Origin: an uncultured Azospirillum sp.
Lineage (GTDB): Bacteria; Pseudomonadota; Alphaproteobacteria; RF32; CAG-239
Length of the DNA stretch: 64,000 nt
NCBI GenBank assembly: GCA_900542055.1
Contig: UQMA01000001.1
Coordinates: 8,079 to 72,078 of the forward strand
Direction of reading: 5' to 3'
This document shows, one piece after another, positions 1-10,469 of this stretch. Positions within the stretch are counted from its first letter, which is position 1. Every line of letters begins with the position of its first letter. The position numbers and the translations under genes are program-made. The notes below the pieces were generated by a model. The model was not told where the DNA came from. It did not search any database and saw only the letters and a list, made by a program, of their open reading frames with translations.

Positions 1-1282
1 CGTTACCTTTGCCGTTTCATATGTAATGATCGGAAATATGGGGGACAGCCTATGGTGGAAGCTTTCGGTTATCATCAGTTGCGGAACTTTTGCATCTGCC
101 ATCATTCCAGAATTTACTAAAATTTTCACTTCCTCAAAATCCATTCACGTTCAGGAAATTGTTAACGCCAGCCGTCAAGCCGGTGCATCGCTGAACATTA
201 TTTCGGGTATGGTTGCCGGAAATTTTTCTGCCTTTTGGAAAGGTCTGGTTATGATTGCGTTGATGGCTGTTGCTTATTTCACATCATCAAACGGTTTAGA
301 TGAATATATGGTTTATCCGAATGTTTTTGCTTTTGGTCTGGTTGCTTTTGGTATGCTCGGCATGGGACCTGTTACCATTGCCGTTGACAGTTACGGTCCT
401 GTAACAGACAATGCACAATCTGTTTTCGAACTTTCGCAAATAGAACAACGCAAAGGGATTAAAAACGAAATCAAAAAAGATTATGGTTTTGAACCTGATT
501 TCACAGTCGGCAAAGAATTGCTTGAACGCAACGATTCTGCCGGAAACACTTTCAAAGCTACCGCCAAACCGGTATTAATCGGCACTGCAGTAATCGGCGC
601 CACCACAATGATTTTTTCAATCATTTTACTCTTAAATCTCAAACTTGATTTAATGAACCCAATGGTATTGTTCGGTTTGCTGCTGGGCGGCGCCGTTATT
701 TATTGGTTCTCGGGAGCATCTATGCAAGCTGTTTCCACCGGCGCTTATCGTGCAGTCGATTACATCAAACAACATATCAAGCTAAATACGCAACAAGCCG
801 CTTCGATTGAAGATTCTAAAAAAGTTGTCAGAATTTGCACAATCTATGCTCAAAAAGGTATGTTCAATATCTTTATGGTCATTTTCTGCCTGACAATCGC
901 TTTTGCTTGCTTTGATCCTGATTTGTTTGCCAGCTACTTGATTTCAATTGCCGTATTCGGTTTGTTCCAAGCTTTGTATATGGCCAACGCCGGCGGTGCT
1001 TGGGATAATGCCAAAAAGGTTGTTGAAGTTGATTTGAAAGAAAAAGGCACAGCTTTGCATGATGCCGTAGTTGTCGGCGATACAGTCGGTGACCCTTATA
1101 AAGACACTTCTTCCGTTGCCTTAAACCCAATCATTAAATTTACGACTTTGTTCGGATTATTGGCTGTTGAAATGGCTGTTTCCGCACCTCGTTGTATTGC
1201 TTTGGGTGCCGGCATCAGTTTGTTGTTAATCGCCCTCATTTTTGTATGGCGTTCATTCTACAAAATGAGAATTAACAGCTAG
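1..1282 (+). CDS. hppA: K+/H+-translocating membrane pyrophosphatase, 5'-truncated by the window edge
   Basis: The frame is open to position 1. C-terminal half of a V-type H+-PPase: GPVTDNAQS, DTVGDPYKDTSSVALNPIIKFTTLF, multiple TM helices. Confidence 0.9.
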   Translation, partial: VTFAVSYVMIGNMGDSLWWKLSVIISCGTFASAIIPEFTKIFTSSKSIHVQEIVNASRQAGASLNIISGMVAGNFSAFWKGLVMIALMAVAYFTSSNGLDEYMVYPNVFAFGLVAFGMLGMGPVTIAVDSYGPVTDNAQSVFELSQIEQRKGIKNEIKKDYGFEPDFTVGKELLERNDSAGNTFKATAKPVLIGTAVIGATTMIFSIILLLNLKLDLMNPMVLFGLLLGGAVIYWFSGASMQAVSTGAYRAVDYIKQHIKLNTQQAASIEDSKKVVRICTIYAQKGMFNIFMVIFCLTIAFACFDPDLFASYLISIAVFGLFQALYMANAGGAWDNAKKVVEVDLKEKGTALHDAVVVGDTVGDPYKDTSSVALNPIIKFTTLFGLLAVEMAVSAPRCIALGAGISLLLIALIFVWRSFYKMRINS

Positions 1283-1305
1283 AAACCGTTTTTATAGACC
1301 TGTAA

Positions 1306-1346
1306 TGAAAATCCTCGAAATTGGTAACAATTTTGAGGATTTTCTT
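1306..1346 (+). terminator. Long hairpin (about 16 bp: aaaatcctcgaaattg...caattttgaggatttt) followed by a T-rich tract, downstream of hppA
   Basis: Inverted repeat read directly from the sequence. Confidence 0.55.
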
Positions 1347-1380
1347 GCATATTGAATTTTAATCTTATAGTATCGGCGTA

Positions 1381-2508
1381 ATGAAGAAACTGAATATATA
1401 TATCGCCGGACAAATATTTGTCGGCTTTTTACTTGTCACATTTTCCCTGATGTCGATTTTGTGGCTTACTCAGTCTTTGCGTTTTATCGAAATGATTACC
1501 AATAAAGGATTGCCTTTAAGTTTATTCATTAAAATGACATCTTGCTTAATGCCCAGATTATTTGCTATTTTATCCCCTATATCACTATTTGTCGCAGTTT
1601 TGTTTGTTTATAACCGCATGCTGTCCGATCGGGAATTAGTAGTTATAAAATCAGCGGGTATCAGCCCGTGGCAAAGTGCAAAACCTGCTTTGTTTATGGG
1701 AATTATAATTTCATTGTTCGCTGTTTATGTAAATAATTTCGGTATTCCCTATGCGGAGAAAAAATTTCAGGATTTAGAATGGCAGGTAAAAAATGATGTA
1801 TCCCATCTTATGTTCCGAGAAGGAGAATTTACAACATTAGACAACAACCTGACCGTTTTCATCACTGCTCACAATAAAGACGGATCCGTTGAAGGAGTTA
1901 TGATTAATGACGAACGCAATCCGAAAACAAAAGTCACGGTTGCCGCCGAAAACGGCATAATTATTTATACGGACCAAGGCCCGCGGATTGTTTTGATAAA
2001 CGGCGTACGCCAAGAAATAAATAACCAAACGCTTCAGTTTTCATCTCTTTCTTTTGATCGTTATTCCGTTGATTTCGGCGCTTCGCAAAGCAAAAAACGA
2101 AAAGGAGCTTCCGCAAGATCAAAATCTTTGAAAGAACTTTTAACTGCGGCGCAAAATCCGAATTTGTCACAAGCCGAAGCCCGCCGTTATATTGTCGAAG
2201 GACACCGCCGGTTGGCTAATCCTTTTTACAACTTGATTTTGGCTCTGATAGGATGTGTGGGACTTTTGGTAGGAAATTTCAACCGCCGCGGACAAGGAAA
2301 AATTATCTCGCTTTCAATTATGACAATGGTGCTTATTGAAGCTGATGACTTGGTTTTGGGAAATTTGGCTGCTAAAAACTTATACTTTTTACCGCTTTAC
2401 TATGCCAATTTCATTATTCCGCTCATCATAGGAATTTATTTATTGTTTTTTTATAATCCGGCTTGGTTTGCCAGACTGCGCTCAAAAACCAAAGGAACAG
2501 ATTTTTAA
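1381..2508 (+). CDS. LptF/LptG-family (YjgP/YjgQ) LPS export permease
   Basis: 375 aa. N-terminal TM helices followed by a periplasmic beta-jellyroll-like segment. TAATG overlap with the lptD start. Confidence 0.7.
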   Translation: MKKLNIYIAGQIFVGFLLVTFSLMSILWLTQSLRFIEMITNKGLPLSLFIKMTSCLMPRLFAILSPISLFVAVLFVYNRMLSDRELVVIKSAGISPWQSAKPALFMGIIISLFAVYVNNFGIPYAEKKFQDLEWQVKNDVSHLMFREGEFTTLDNNLTVFITAHNKDGSVEGVMINDERNPKTKVTVAAENGIIIYTDQGPRIVLINGVRQEINNQTLQFSSLSFDRYSVDFGASQSKKRKGASARSKSLKELLTAAQNPNLSQAEARRYIVEGHRRLANPFYNLILALIGCVGLLVGNFNRRGQGKIISLSIMTMVLIEADDLVLGNLAAKNLYFLPLYYANFIIPLIIGIYLLFFYNPAWFARLRSKTKGTDF

Positions 2509-4709
2509 TGAGAAAAATTTTTCGCAACATTATATTAGCTTTTTTGCCGGCATTGTTTGTTTGCCCTGTATTTCTGCACGCCGAGCAAACTAAGAATTCT
2601 CAGCCGATTTTTTTCAGCGCTGATGAAGTTGAAGAAGACAGCCAAACAAAAATTATTACGGCACGCGGAGATGTAAATATTGTTCGCAACGGTGTTACGC
2701 TAAAAGCCGATACTCTGACTTTTGACAGAAAAAATGATGTATTAATCGCCGATGGGAATGTCAGTATACGACAGCCTGACGGAACAACAGTTTTTTCAAA
2801 AAACGCCCGCTTGAGTGATAAAATGTCAAAAGCAACTATTACGGATGTCAAAGCAATTTTAGCAGATGAAAGCCGTTTAGCCGCCAAGCGCATAAAACAA
2901 ACATCAAACAAAGACAAACACTTCTTTTATGCAGTCTATTCTCCGTGTGATGTTTGTCAAAATAATCCCAAACCATTATGGTCAATTAAGGCTCGCAAAA
3001 TTACCCATGATGCCGACAAACACGATGTTTATTATCGAAGCGCTTTTTTGTCGGTAAAAAATGTACCGGTTTTATATACACCATTTTTCTCACATCCTGA
3101 CCCAACAGTAAAACGCCGCAGCGGCTTTTTGCCGCCTTCGCTTGCCAGCAACAATTATCTTGGTTCAGCTGTTGAAATGCGTTATTTTATTGATTTAGGA
3201 GATCATGAAGATATTACGCTCACCCCGATTTTGAGCAGTGACCAAAATATTATTTTCGGCGGCACATACCGCAAAATGATGTACAACGGTGATTTAAATA
3301 TCAGCGGCACCTTAATGGAAGACAAAAACACCAATGAAACCCGCGGAAATATTGTTGCTAAAGGCCGTTATGAAATAAATGATTTATGGCTGGCGAAGAT
3401 GGATATTAATTATGCTTCTGACGGAGCGTATTTAAAAGATTTATCTTTACCGGGAAGAACTGAAACATGGCTTACCTCATCAGTTTCTGCCGAACGTTTT
3501 GAAGGGCGCGACTATGCTGCAATTGAAGGCTTTTCATACAAACTGGTCAGTTATTCGCTGCGCACGTCTGATATAAATGCTTTTGAACAAAGAGAATACA
3601 GCAAACCTTATATTTTACCGTTAGCCACTTATGAAAATATAGGAGAATCAAATTCCATCGGAGCATATTTCAAAAACACGTTCAATATGGCTTCAATCTA
3701 TCGCGAACGCGACGAAACACAAACCCAGCGCGCCACAATGATAAATTCATGGAACTTGCCTTATACCAGCCCGTTCGGCGAAAAATATCGCTTTATGGCT
3801 TCCGTAAAATCTGATCTTTATTACATAGATAATTACTACAATCCTTATAACCAAAATTACACAGGTGCTACGGGACGCATTTTTCCGCAGGCCGGCGTGG
3901 AATGGCGCTTACCTTTTGTAAAGGCAACCGAAACCTCACGGCAAATTCTCGAACCAACCATTGTTGCAGTTGCTGCGCCGAACGGAGGCAATAAAATCGA
4001 CAAAATTCCGAATGAAGACAGCTTAAATGCCCAACTGGATGACAGTAATATATTGGACATTGACCGCTATTCAGGATATGACCGCAACGACACCGGCAGC
4101 CGTATAAGCTATGGATTAAACTGGAGTGCATACGGAAATATTCTCGGCAGAACATCTTCATTTTTCGGGCAGAGCTACTATTTTGAGAAAGATGAAAGTT
4201 TCACCCAAAGTTTAGGAGATACTTCGTCGCATTTCAGTGATTATGTGGGCAGAATTTTTGCCGCTCCGAATTCTTATATTGATTTTAATTATCGTTTTCG
4301 CCTTGACAAAGATAATTATGACCTTAAATACAGCGAATTAAACACGCGTATCGGACCGCAAATGTTTTGGGCTTATATTGCATATACTTCAATAAAAGGA
4401 CGCAAAGAAAAAGGCTCAGATTCTGATTTATATTTCTTTGATGACTATAAAGAAAGAAAAGAACTTTATACATCACTTAATGCTAAGGTTTCACGCGACT
4501 GGACTGTCGTCCTTTATAACCGCCAAGATTTATCAAAAGAAAATAACACCTCTTTGGAACATGGCGGAAAACTAATTTATGAAGATGAATGCTTTAAACT
4601 TATTTTCAACACCCATAAATATAATTCAACAGATCCGGATTATGACGACGGATATGAATTTTCTGCAACTTTCCTGCTTAAAACATTAGGAAGCGTGGGC
4701 TCAGAATAG
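2508..4709 (+). CDS. lptD: LPS assembly outer-membrane protein LptD (OstA)
   Basis: Signal peptide MRKIFRNIILAFLPALFVCPVFLHA, OstA N-domain, then a large beta-barrel. The ORF-track start at 2463 is probably a 5' extension. Confidence 0.85.
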   Translation: MRKIFRNIILAFLPALFVCPVFLHAEQTKNSQPIFFSADEVEEDSQTKIITARGDVNIVRNGVTLKADTLTFDRKNDVLIADGNVSIRQPDGTTVFSKNARLSDKMSKATITDVKAILADESRLAAKRIKQTSNKDKHFFYAVYSPCDVCQNNPKPLWSIKARKITHDADKHDVYYRSAFLSVKNVPVLYTPFFSHPDPTVKRRSGFLPPSLASNNYLGSAVEMRYFIDLGDHEDITLTPILSSDQNIIFGGTYRKMMYNGDLNISGTLMEDKNTNETRGNIVAKGRYEINDLWLAKMDINYASDGAYLKDLSLPGRTETWLTSSVSAERFEGRDYAAIEGFSYKLVSYSLRTSDINAFEQREYSKPYILPLATYENIGESNSIGAYFKNTFNMASIYRERDETQTQRATMINSWNLPYTSPFGEKYRFMASVKSDLYYIDNYYNPYNQNYTGATGRIFPQAGVEWRLPFVKATETSRQILEPTIVAVAAPNGGNKIDKIPNEDSLNAQLDDSNILDIDRYSGYDRNDTGSRISYGLNWSAYGNILGRTSSFFGQSYYFEKDESFTQSLGDTSSHFSDYVGRIFAAPNSYIDFNYRFRLDKDNYDLKYSELNTRIGPQMFWAYIAYTSIKGRKEKGSDSDLYFFDDYKERKELYTSLNAKVSRDWTVVLYNRQDLSKENNTSLEHGGKLIYEDECFKLIFNTHKYNSTDPDYDDGYEFSATFLLKTLGSVGSE

Positions 4710-4720
4710 AGGAGAAAAAT

Positions 4721-5797
4721 ATGAAAAAAATATTGCTGACATTATTAGGATTACTTATGTCTTTTCCCGCTCAGGCGCAATTTGCTTCGGGATATGCTCC
4801 GCGTTATGAAAATGAACCAGCTGAAACTGATGCAGAAGAAAATAGCGAGCCATCTTCTGTTTTTCAAACACAGTCGCCTCAAATGTCAGCTCCGCGCCCG
4901 CAGCCGATTGTTCCGCAAAATATAAAAAAACCGACGCCATACACAGGAAACATCAGAATTTTAGCTTCCGTTAATGGAGAAATTATTACCACAGAAGATA
5001 TAAACAACCGCGTCCGTGCTTTCTGCATGACAACAGGTATTCCTTATAATGATCAAACAAAATTGTTGATTATCAACAAGGTAATGCAAAACACCATTGA
5101 TGAAAAACTTAAATTACAAGATGCCGTAAGCAACAAAATAGAAATCAGCAAAAACGACGTTGACGATGCTATAAAGAGTTATGCAGCAAACAACAAAACC
5201 ACTCCCGAGCATTTGAAAAAAATGTTAAAAGAGCATGGCGTAAGCGAAAGTATTTTTCGTGAACAAATGAAAAGCGATTTGGCATGGGTGCGTTTGGTTA
5301 GAAACAAAACTTCAAACGATACCGTTACCGAACCGGAAATTCAAGAAGCTCTTGAATTAACAAAAAAAGATATGAGCAAAACCAAATATATGGTTTCTGA
5401 AATAGTCATCGACAGCAAAAATGCAAAAAACATCTTCGGTTTATCACAAACTTTGCGTCAAGATCCTCGTTTTGAAATGTATGCAGCACAATTTTCACAA
5501 AGTCCCAGTGCTTCAAGCGGCGGTCGTTTGGGCTGGATTAATGCTGGACAACTTCCGGAACAGCTTGACAAAGCTTTATCAAAAATGTCAGCAGGAGAAA
5601 TTTCAGATCCTATTCTTTATAACAACGCATATCATATTTTTCGCGTTGAGCAAAAATTCGATCCTTCAAAAGATAGTCTGCCAGAGCCGGATTCACGTGC
5701 AATTGCTGAAATGTTATCAGGACAAAAAACCGAACGTTTTGCCGCCAGACATTTACAAGATCTCCGTCAACGAGCCGCTATTGAACTGAAAGAATAA
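4721..5797 (+). CDS. surA: SurA-like periplasmic chaperone / parvulin PPIase
   Basis: Signal peptide. SurA N-domain followed by a parvulin domain (GGRLGWINAGQLPEQLDKAL, YHIFRVE). Synteny lptD-surA-ksgA. Confidence 0.75.
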   Translation: MKKILLTLLGLLMSFPAQAQFASGYAPRYENEPAETDAEENSEPSSVFQTQSPQMSAPRPQPIVPQNIKKPTPYTGNIRILASVNGEIITTEDINNRVRAFCMTTGIPYNDQTKLLIINKVMQNTIDEKLKLQDAVSNKIEISKNDVDDAIKSYAANNKTTPEHLKKMLKEHGVSESIFREQMKSDLAWVRLVRNKTSNDTVTEPEIQEALELTKKDMSKTKYMVSEIVIDSKNAKNIFGLSQTLRQDPRFEMYAAQFSQSPSASSGGRLGWINAGQLPEQLDKALSKMSAGEISDPILYNNAYHIFRVEQKFDPSKDSLPEPDSRAIAEMLSGQKTERFAARHLQDLRQRAAIELKE

Positions 5798-5800
5798 AAT

Positions 5801-6625
5801 ATGCTTCTCTCTTTGCGTGATACTGTTAACTTTTACGGTCTTATGGCCGATAAATCTCTCGGACAAAACTTTCTTCTTGATTCAAATATTACCGACAAGA
5901 TTGTTCGGTTAAGCTTGAGCCATCAGGGGTTGAAGGATTTCAGCGCTTATAATATGATTGAAGTCGGCCCTGGTCCGGGAGGATTAACCCGATCTGTTTT
6001 AGAACAAAATCCTTTATCTTTGACCGTAATTGAAATGGATTCGCGTTGTGTTCGGATTATGGAAGATCTGAAAAATGAAACGGATTGTCCGATGAATATT
6101 GTAAACGGCGATGCTTTAGCTTTTACCCCAAGTAAAAATATTTCTTCTCCGCGACAGATTATCAGCAATCTGCCTTATAATATATCCGTACCTTTATTAA
6201 TAAAATGGTTGGAAGAAATAAAAAATTATTCAGCTTTAACTCTGATGTTTCAAAAAGAAGTTGCCGAAAGAATAATGGCCTCCACCCGCTGCAAAGATTA
6301 TGGGCGCGTATCTGTTTTAGCACAGCTTAGCTGTAAAATCGAAAAATTAATGGATTTAAATCCGGAATGTTTTACGCCTGCGCCGAAAATTTGGTCAAGC
6401 GTTCTGCTTTTCCGCCCGCTTGACAAGCCTATTACTCAAGAAGAAAGAACAAAAATAGAAAAAATAACTTCTCTTGCTTTTGGACAAAGACGGAAAATGC
6501 TGCGTCAAAGTTTGAAATCTTTGCCCGATATACTAGGCAAACTTGAACAGCTTCAAATTGCTCCGACAGCACGTGCAGAAGAACTAACACCGCAGCAATT
6601 TTTGGATTTAGCGCATTTATATTAA
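5801..6625 (+). CDS. rsmA: 16S rRNA (adenine1518/1519-N6)-dimethyltransferase RsmA/KsgA
   Basis: LGQNFL, EVGPGPGGLT and NLPYNIS motifs. Confidence 0.9.
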   Translation: MLLSLRDTVNFYGLMADKSLGQNFLLDSNITDKIVRLSLSHQGLKDFSAYNMIEVGPGPGGLTRSVLEQNPLSLTVIEMDSRCVRIMEDLKNETDCPMNIVNGDALAFTPSKNISSPRQIISNLPYNISVPLLIKWLEEIKNYSALTLMFQKEVAERIMASTRCKDYGRVSVLAQLSCKIEKLMDLNPECFTPAPKIWSSVLLFRPLDKPITQEERTKIEKITSLAFGQRRKMLRQSLKSLPDILGKLEQLQIAPTARAEELTPQQFLDLAHLY

Positions 6626-6711
6626 TTTTTGTCAAATTTTGTTGATTTATCTTCCAGACAATGCTATACAAAAATTACTGAATATTATTAATCAATTAAA
6701 ATTTAAAACTT

Positions 6712-7257
6712 ATGCATCAAAAAGACAGTTACAAAGTTTTAGCCCAAAAGTTGGGTATAAAACAAATGAGCTTAAAAGATTGCAAGCTCTCAGACGGCAA
6801 AATTTATGTTGAATATTTCAAACAAGTATTCAAACAAATAAATCGCGACATTCTGGCAAACAAGTACAACATCAATCCTACCGATGAGTTTTCAAACAAA
6901 TCTAAATCTCCTTGGAGTTATCTCAATTCGGAAGCAACCTTGCTTGATTTTGCCCGTTTGCTCGCCATTCCTGCCAGCCGCAGCGCCGCCAATATCCGCG
7001 CTCAGTGCACCAGACCGCGAATAAGCAAACAAATGCTTACTGTTTTGCTTGCCGACCAGCTTGAAAAAGAGCCTCAGGAAATTGATCTCGATATGCAAGT
7101 TCGCCAAATTCGCCTGCCTATTGCAAATTATAACAAACATTCATGGGTAACTTTTATCCGTTGGTGCGAACAAGCGGGGTTCAGCGGACATCCGGAAGAT
7201 CTCAATCAATTGGCTGAGATTAGTGTTAATCAACTTTTTGATTATTGGGTTAGATAA
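6712..7257 (+). CDS. Hypothetical protein (181 aa)
   Basis: Clean ORF followed by a terminator. No family recognised. Confidence 0.45.
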   Translation: MHQKDSYKVLAQKLGIKQMSLKDCKLSDGKIYVEYFKQVFKQINRDILANKYNINPTDEFSNKSKSPWSYLNSEATLLDFARLLAIPASRSAANIRAQCTRPRISKQMLTVLLADQLEKEPQEIDLDMQVRQIRLPIANYNKHSWVTFIRWCEQAGFSGHPEDLNQLAEISVNQLFDYWVR

Positions 7258-7278
7258 CATAATTGTGAATCTACCTAC

Positions 7279-7309
7279 AAAAAAACTCCCTTAAACGGGA
7301 GTTTTTTAC
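7279..7309. terminator. Bidirectional hairpin terminator (actccc-ttaaac-gggagt) with an A-run on the left and a T-run on the right
   Basis: Between the convergent genes 6712..7257 (+) and 7313..8650 (-). Confidence 0.7.
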
Positions 7310-7312
7310 TAT

Positions 7313-8650
7313 TTAAGCATATTCAGACCTTGAAAACAGATTCATAAAGCGTCGCAATCCTGAAACTTGTTTTTCCTGCGGTTGCTGTTGCCTTGCTTCT
7401 GTCTGGCGTGCTTCCTGATTTTGCTGTTTTACGGTTGCAGCCACATCTTCACATTGAAAATGGCGGGCAGCAAAATCATAATGCGGAGTCGATTTTTCGC
7501 CGCGCATTCCTGCCAATTCTTCTCTTCGCTGCTGCAAACGCTCATTATCTTTGCGCATTCCCTCAACAATATCAGCTCGAGCTAAACTTTCGGCGTTTCT
7601 TCTTTCACGAAAAGCTGCTATTCTTTCACTGATAGCGGAATGTCCCGCTGACATTGATGCTGTCAGATTTTCCATACCTGTATGATTTTCTGGCAGATCC
7701 GCTTGCGCCGTCGGTTTGCCGGCTGTTTTCTGCGCTGAAGCGCTGTTTTGTTGCTGTTTTTGCAACTGCTCCTCTCGCAACTGATTGTCTAATTGCTGAA
7801 GCTCTTTATCATTCAATTGCTCAAATTGATGTTTGAAACATTTTTCGGCATATTGGCTGGTATGAAAAACTTTTACTTGTTTATTAATGCACCACCCCAA
7901 TCCGCTGTTTACGCTTTCGCCGTTTCCGCCGGTATACGTAGCCTTTCCATTTTTATCAACATTTGCTCTCACACAATGCCAGCCGGAAGCTGTGTTGTTG
8001 GCAACGCCTGTTCTGATAAACAACAAATCACCATCTTTCAGCTTTGGATTCCCTTTTTTATCAAGAGCAACTTGTCCATTAAGACGAACATAGTCCGAAA
8101 CTTTGTTTCCGTTTGTATCCATAAAGCCGTTTTCACCATATTTTTTTATTGCCGACGGACAGCTTCTGGCTTCTTCGCAACGCAGACTATCCCTCGGACA
8201 TACTGGATTTTTACCATGTAATGCTTGAAAATTATTTTCAGTTTTTAAATAAAGCGGATTCGCAAAAACTTTTGATTCAGGAACATCCTGTTCCAAATTC
8301 TGTCTTAAATCTTCACCAATTTCCTTATTGGCTTTATTCATGGCATCGAATTGAATGGCCACGCAATAATTGGTTGCCAATCCTTTCAACCCAAATTCAG
8401 CGCCGTATGTACTGCAGGCATATCTTTTACGTTCCGTATCCGAACTTTTGTTACGGGGATATTTTCTTTGAACATCCCGCACCGATTGAGTAACGATTTC
8501 GCCCTGGCGCGTTGTAAATTCTTCCGTTTTTGCTTTCGACAAACGGTCGACCATTGCCGCACGTTCTTCCGCGGACAATTCTGTTTCTTGTTTTTCCGTT
8601 TGTTTTTCTTTCGGTTCTTCGGGAACTTCAGTTAATTCTGCTTCAGACAT
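7313..8650 (-). CDS. Hypothetical protein, Glu/Gln-rich with coiled-coil ends and a Cys/Gly/Trp-containing central domain (445 aa)
   Basis: No signal peptide and no recognised family. The centre has GWHCVRANVDKNGKATYTGGNG and GLGWCINKQ motifs. The C-terminus is Q-rich (LQKQQQNSASAQ). Confidence 0.5.
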   Translation of the reverse strand: MSEAELTEVPEEPKEKQTEKQETELSAEERAAMVDRLSKAKTEEFTTRQGEIVTQSVRDVQRKYPRNKSSDTERKRYACSTYGAEFGLKGLATNYCVAIQFDAMNKANKEIGEDLRQNLEQDVPESKVFANPLYLKTENNFQALHGKNPVCPRDSLRCEEARSCPSAIKKYGENGFMDTNGNKVSDYVRLNGQVALDKKGNPKLKDGDLLFIRTGVANNTASGWHCVRANVDKNGKATYTGGNGESVNSGLGWCINKQVKVFHTSQYAEKCFKHQFEQLNDKELQQLDNQLREEQLQKQQQNSASAQKTAGKPTAQADLPENHTGMENLTASMSAGHSAISERIAAFRERRNAESLARADIVEGMRKDNERLQQRREELAGMRGEKSTPHYDFAARHFQCEDVAATVKQQNQEARQTEARQQQPQEKQVSGLRRFMNLFSRSEYA

Positions 8651-8733
8651 AGTCTTTCTCCGTTAACATATATTTTATAATAGCAAAAACAGTGATTTTA
8701 CGCAATTACAATATGATGACAAAAAAATGAAAT

Positions 8734-9645
8734 TTAATTCGGAATTTTGTGCTTTGCCAAAGGATGGTTTTCTCTTACTTCTTCGCACAATTGCTCCGAT
8801 ACAATATGCGTATATATCTCCGTTGTCGAAATATCTTCATGACCCAGCATTTTTTGCACGCTTCGCAAATCTACCTTATGATTTAACAAATGAGTAGCAA
8901 ACGAGTGGCGCAAAACGTGAGGCGAAATTTTTGCCGGAGAAATTCCAGCCTCTGCTGCTATTTTTTTCAAATCCTTAAAAAAAGCATCTCTGGTTATATG
9001 TCCGTCCGCGGCGAGTTTTGACGGAAACAGCCAAATTGACTTTTCACCTTTTAGATAATATTTCCGAGCAGCCAAATAATCTTCAACCGTATTCAGAGCC
9101 GATGATGCCGCCGGAATAATCCGCTCTTTGCCGCCCTTGCCTAAAACAATAACCTGTTCTTTTTTAAAATTAACATTTTTTTCAGGCAAGCCGACCAGTT
9201 CAGATACACGCAGACCGCAAGCATACATAAGTTTCAGCATTGCCGCCAAACGCAAGCCGACAAAACCTTTTTTAGCTTCGGCAATGTCAATCATACGCCC
9301 TATTTCTTCTTCTGTTAAAAACTTAGGTAAAGGTTTTTCCTTTTTGGGAGAAAGTACATCAGCCGCCGGATTATCTGCAATTTTGCCTTCGGAAAGCAAA
9401 AATTTAAAAAATTCCCGTACAGCTGAAATCTTACGCGCAATAGATTTACCGCTGTATTTTTTGTCGCCCAAATCTTTAATAAAATCGGCAATTTCATTTG
9501 CCTTCACCGTTGATATATCTTGATTAACGAATTCATAAAACTGTTCCAAATCTTTTCGATATGCAGCGGCTGTAAGCGGTGACAGCCCTTTTTCAGCAGT
9601 AGCGGCGTCTAAAAAAAGATAAATATAATTTTTATCAGAAGACAT
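8734..9645 (-). CDS. xerD: Tyrosine site-specific recombinase, XerC/XerD family
   Basis: C-terminal catalytic motifs HVLRHSFATHLL...LGHEDISTTEIYTH. The choice of xerD over xerC is tentative. Confidence 0.8.
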   Translation of the reverse strand: MSSDKNYIYLFLDAATAEKGLSPLTAAAYRKDLEQFYEFVNQDISTVKANEIADFIKDLGDKKYSGKSIARKISAVREFFKFLLSEGKIADNPAADVLSPKKEKPLPKFLTEEEIGRMIDIAEAKKGFVGLRLAAMLKLMYACGLRVSELVGLPEKNVNFKKEQVIVLGKGGKERIIPAASSALNTVEDYLAARKYYLKGEKSIWLFPSKLAADGHITRDAFFKDLKKIAAEAGISPAKISPHVLRHSFATHLLNHKVDLRSVQKMLGHEDISTTEIYTHIVSEQLCEEVRENHPLAKHKIPN

Positions 9646-9789
9646 TTATTTTGCAAAAGTATTGGCTAGAGGTTGTTCTACTGTTTCTTCGCTAAACGGC
9701 ATTTCCTGCGACACCAGCCAAAACAATCCGGCAACTGCTATTCCTGCTAAAATATAAACCCAACTGTAATTTTTTTTACGATTTAACAT
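9646..9789 (-). CDS. Small single-TM protein (47 aa), not in the ORF track
   Basis: MLNRKKNYSWVYILAGIAVAGLFWLVSQEMPFSEETVEQPLANTFAK. Its stop abuts the xerD start codon. Confidence 0.3.
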   Translation of the reverse strand: MLNRKKNYSWVYILAGIAVAGLFWLVSQEMPFSEETVEQPLANTFAK

Positions 9790-9842
9790 AAACTTGCCCT
9801 TTTCTTTAAAAAAATATTGATAAAATCAAAACTATTTATATT

Positions 9843-10418
9843 ATGGCAATAATATTTAAAACAAAGATTAAAACAATGCAAATTAATAAAATAATTTTAT
9901 TGGTCGGATTAATGGGAAGCGGCAAAACCAGCGTGGGAAAACGTCTGGCAAAAAGGCTGAATCTGCCCTTTGTCGACGGCGATCAAGAAATAGAAAAAGC
10001 TGCAGGACTTCCTTTAGTCGATGTTCTAAAATGTTTTGGCGAAGAAGAATACCGTGCCGGCGAAACCAGAGTTATGCATCGTTTGCTACAGGGCTCTCCT
10101 TGTGTTTTGGCCTCAGGAGGAGGTTCTTTTGTTCCGCAGCAAACCAGAAATTTAGCCAAAGAACATGCTATTACTATTTGGCTGAAAGCTGATGTTGACA
10201 CTTTATACCACCGCACATACGGACGTAAACACCGTCCTTTTTTGCGGGGAAATGACGAACACCTGAAAAACAAGCTTGAGGAATATATAGGAGAAGAATA
10301 TCCTTATTATTCCGAAGCCGACATTGTAGTCGAAACCAGAGATGAAGCCGTTGAAGCAACGGTAAACCGAGTTACTACCGCCATCAATAATTTTATCGGC
10401 GCAAAATCATCGGATTAA
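9843..10418 (+). CDS. aroK: Shikimate kinase
   Basis: Walker A GLMGSGKTSVGKRLA. The true start may be the internal Met at about 9873. Confidence 0.85.
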   Translation: MAIIFKTKIKTMQINKIILLVGLMGSGKTSVGKRLAKRLNLPFVDGDQEIEKAAGLPLVDVLKCFGEEEYRAGETRVMHRLLQGSPCVLASGGGSFVPQQTRNLAKEHAITIWLKADVDTLYHRTYGRKHRPFLRGNDEHLKNKLEEYIGEEYPYYSEADIVVETRDEAVEATVNRVTTAINNFIGAKSSD

Positions 10419-10469
10419 GCAAAAAAACTCTTTACAAATAACAAAATTGTTGTAAAAAGACAGCGGGTT

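Noticed and set aside
2463-2507. Upstream extension of lptD (MVCQTALKNQRNRFL) in the ORF track
   Set aside because: It overlaps the LptF/G coding end. The internal Met at 2508 begins a canonical signal peptide.
7367-8635. Multiple plus-strand ORFs (60-142 aa) overlapping the minus-strand gene 7313..8650
   Set aside because: They are nested antisense frames rich in F/L/C with no start context. The minus-strand ORF is long and coherent.
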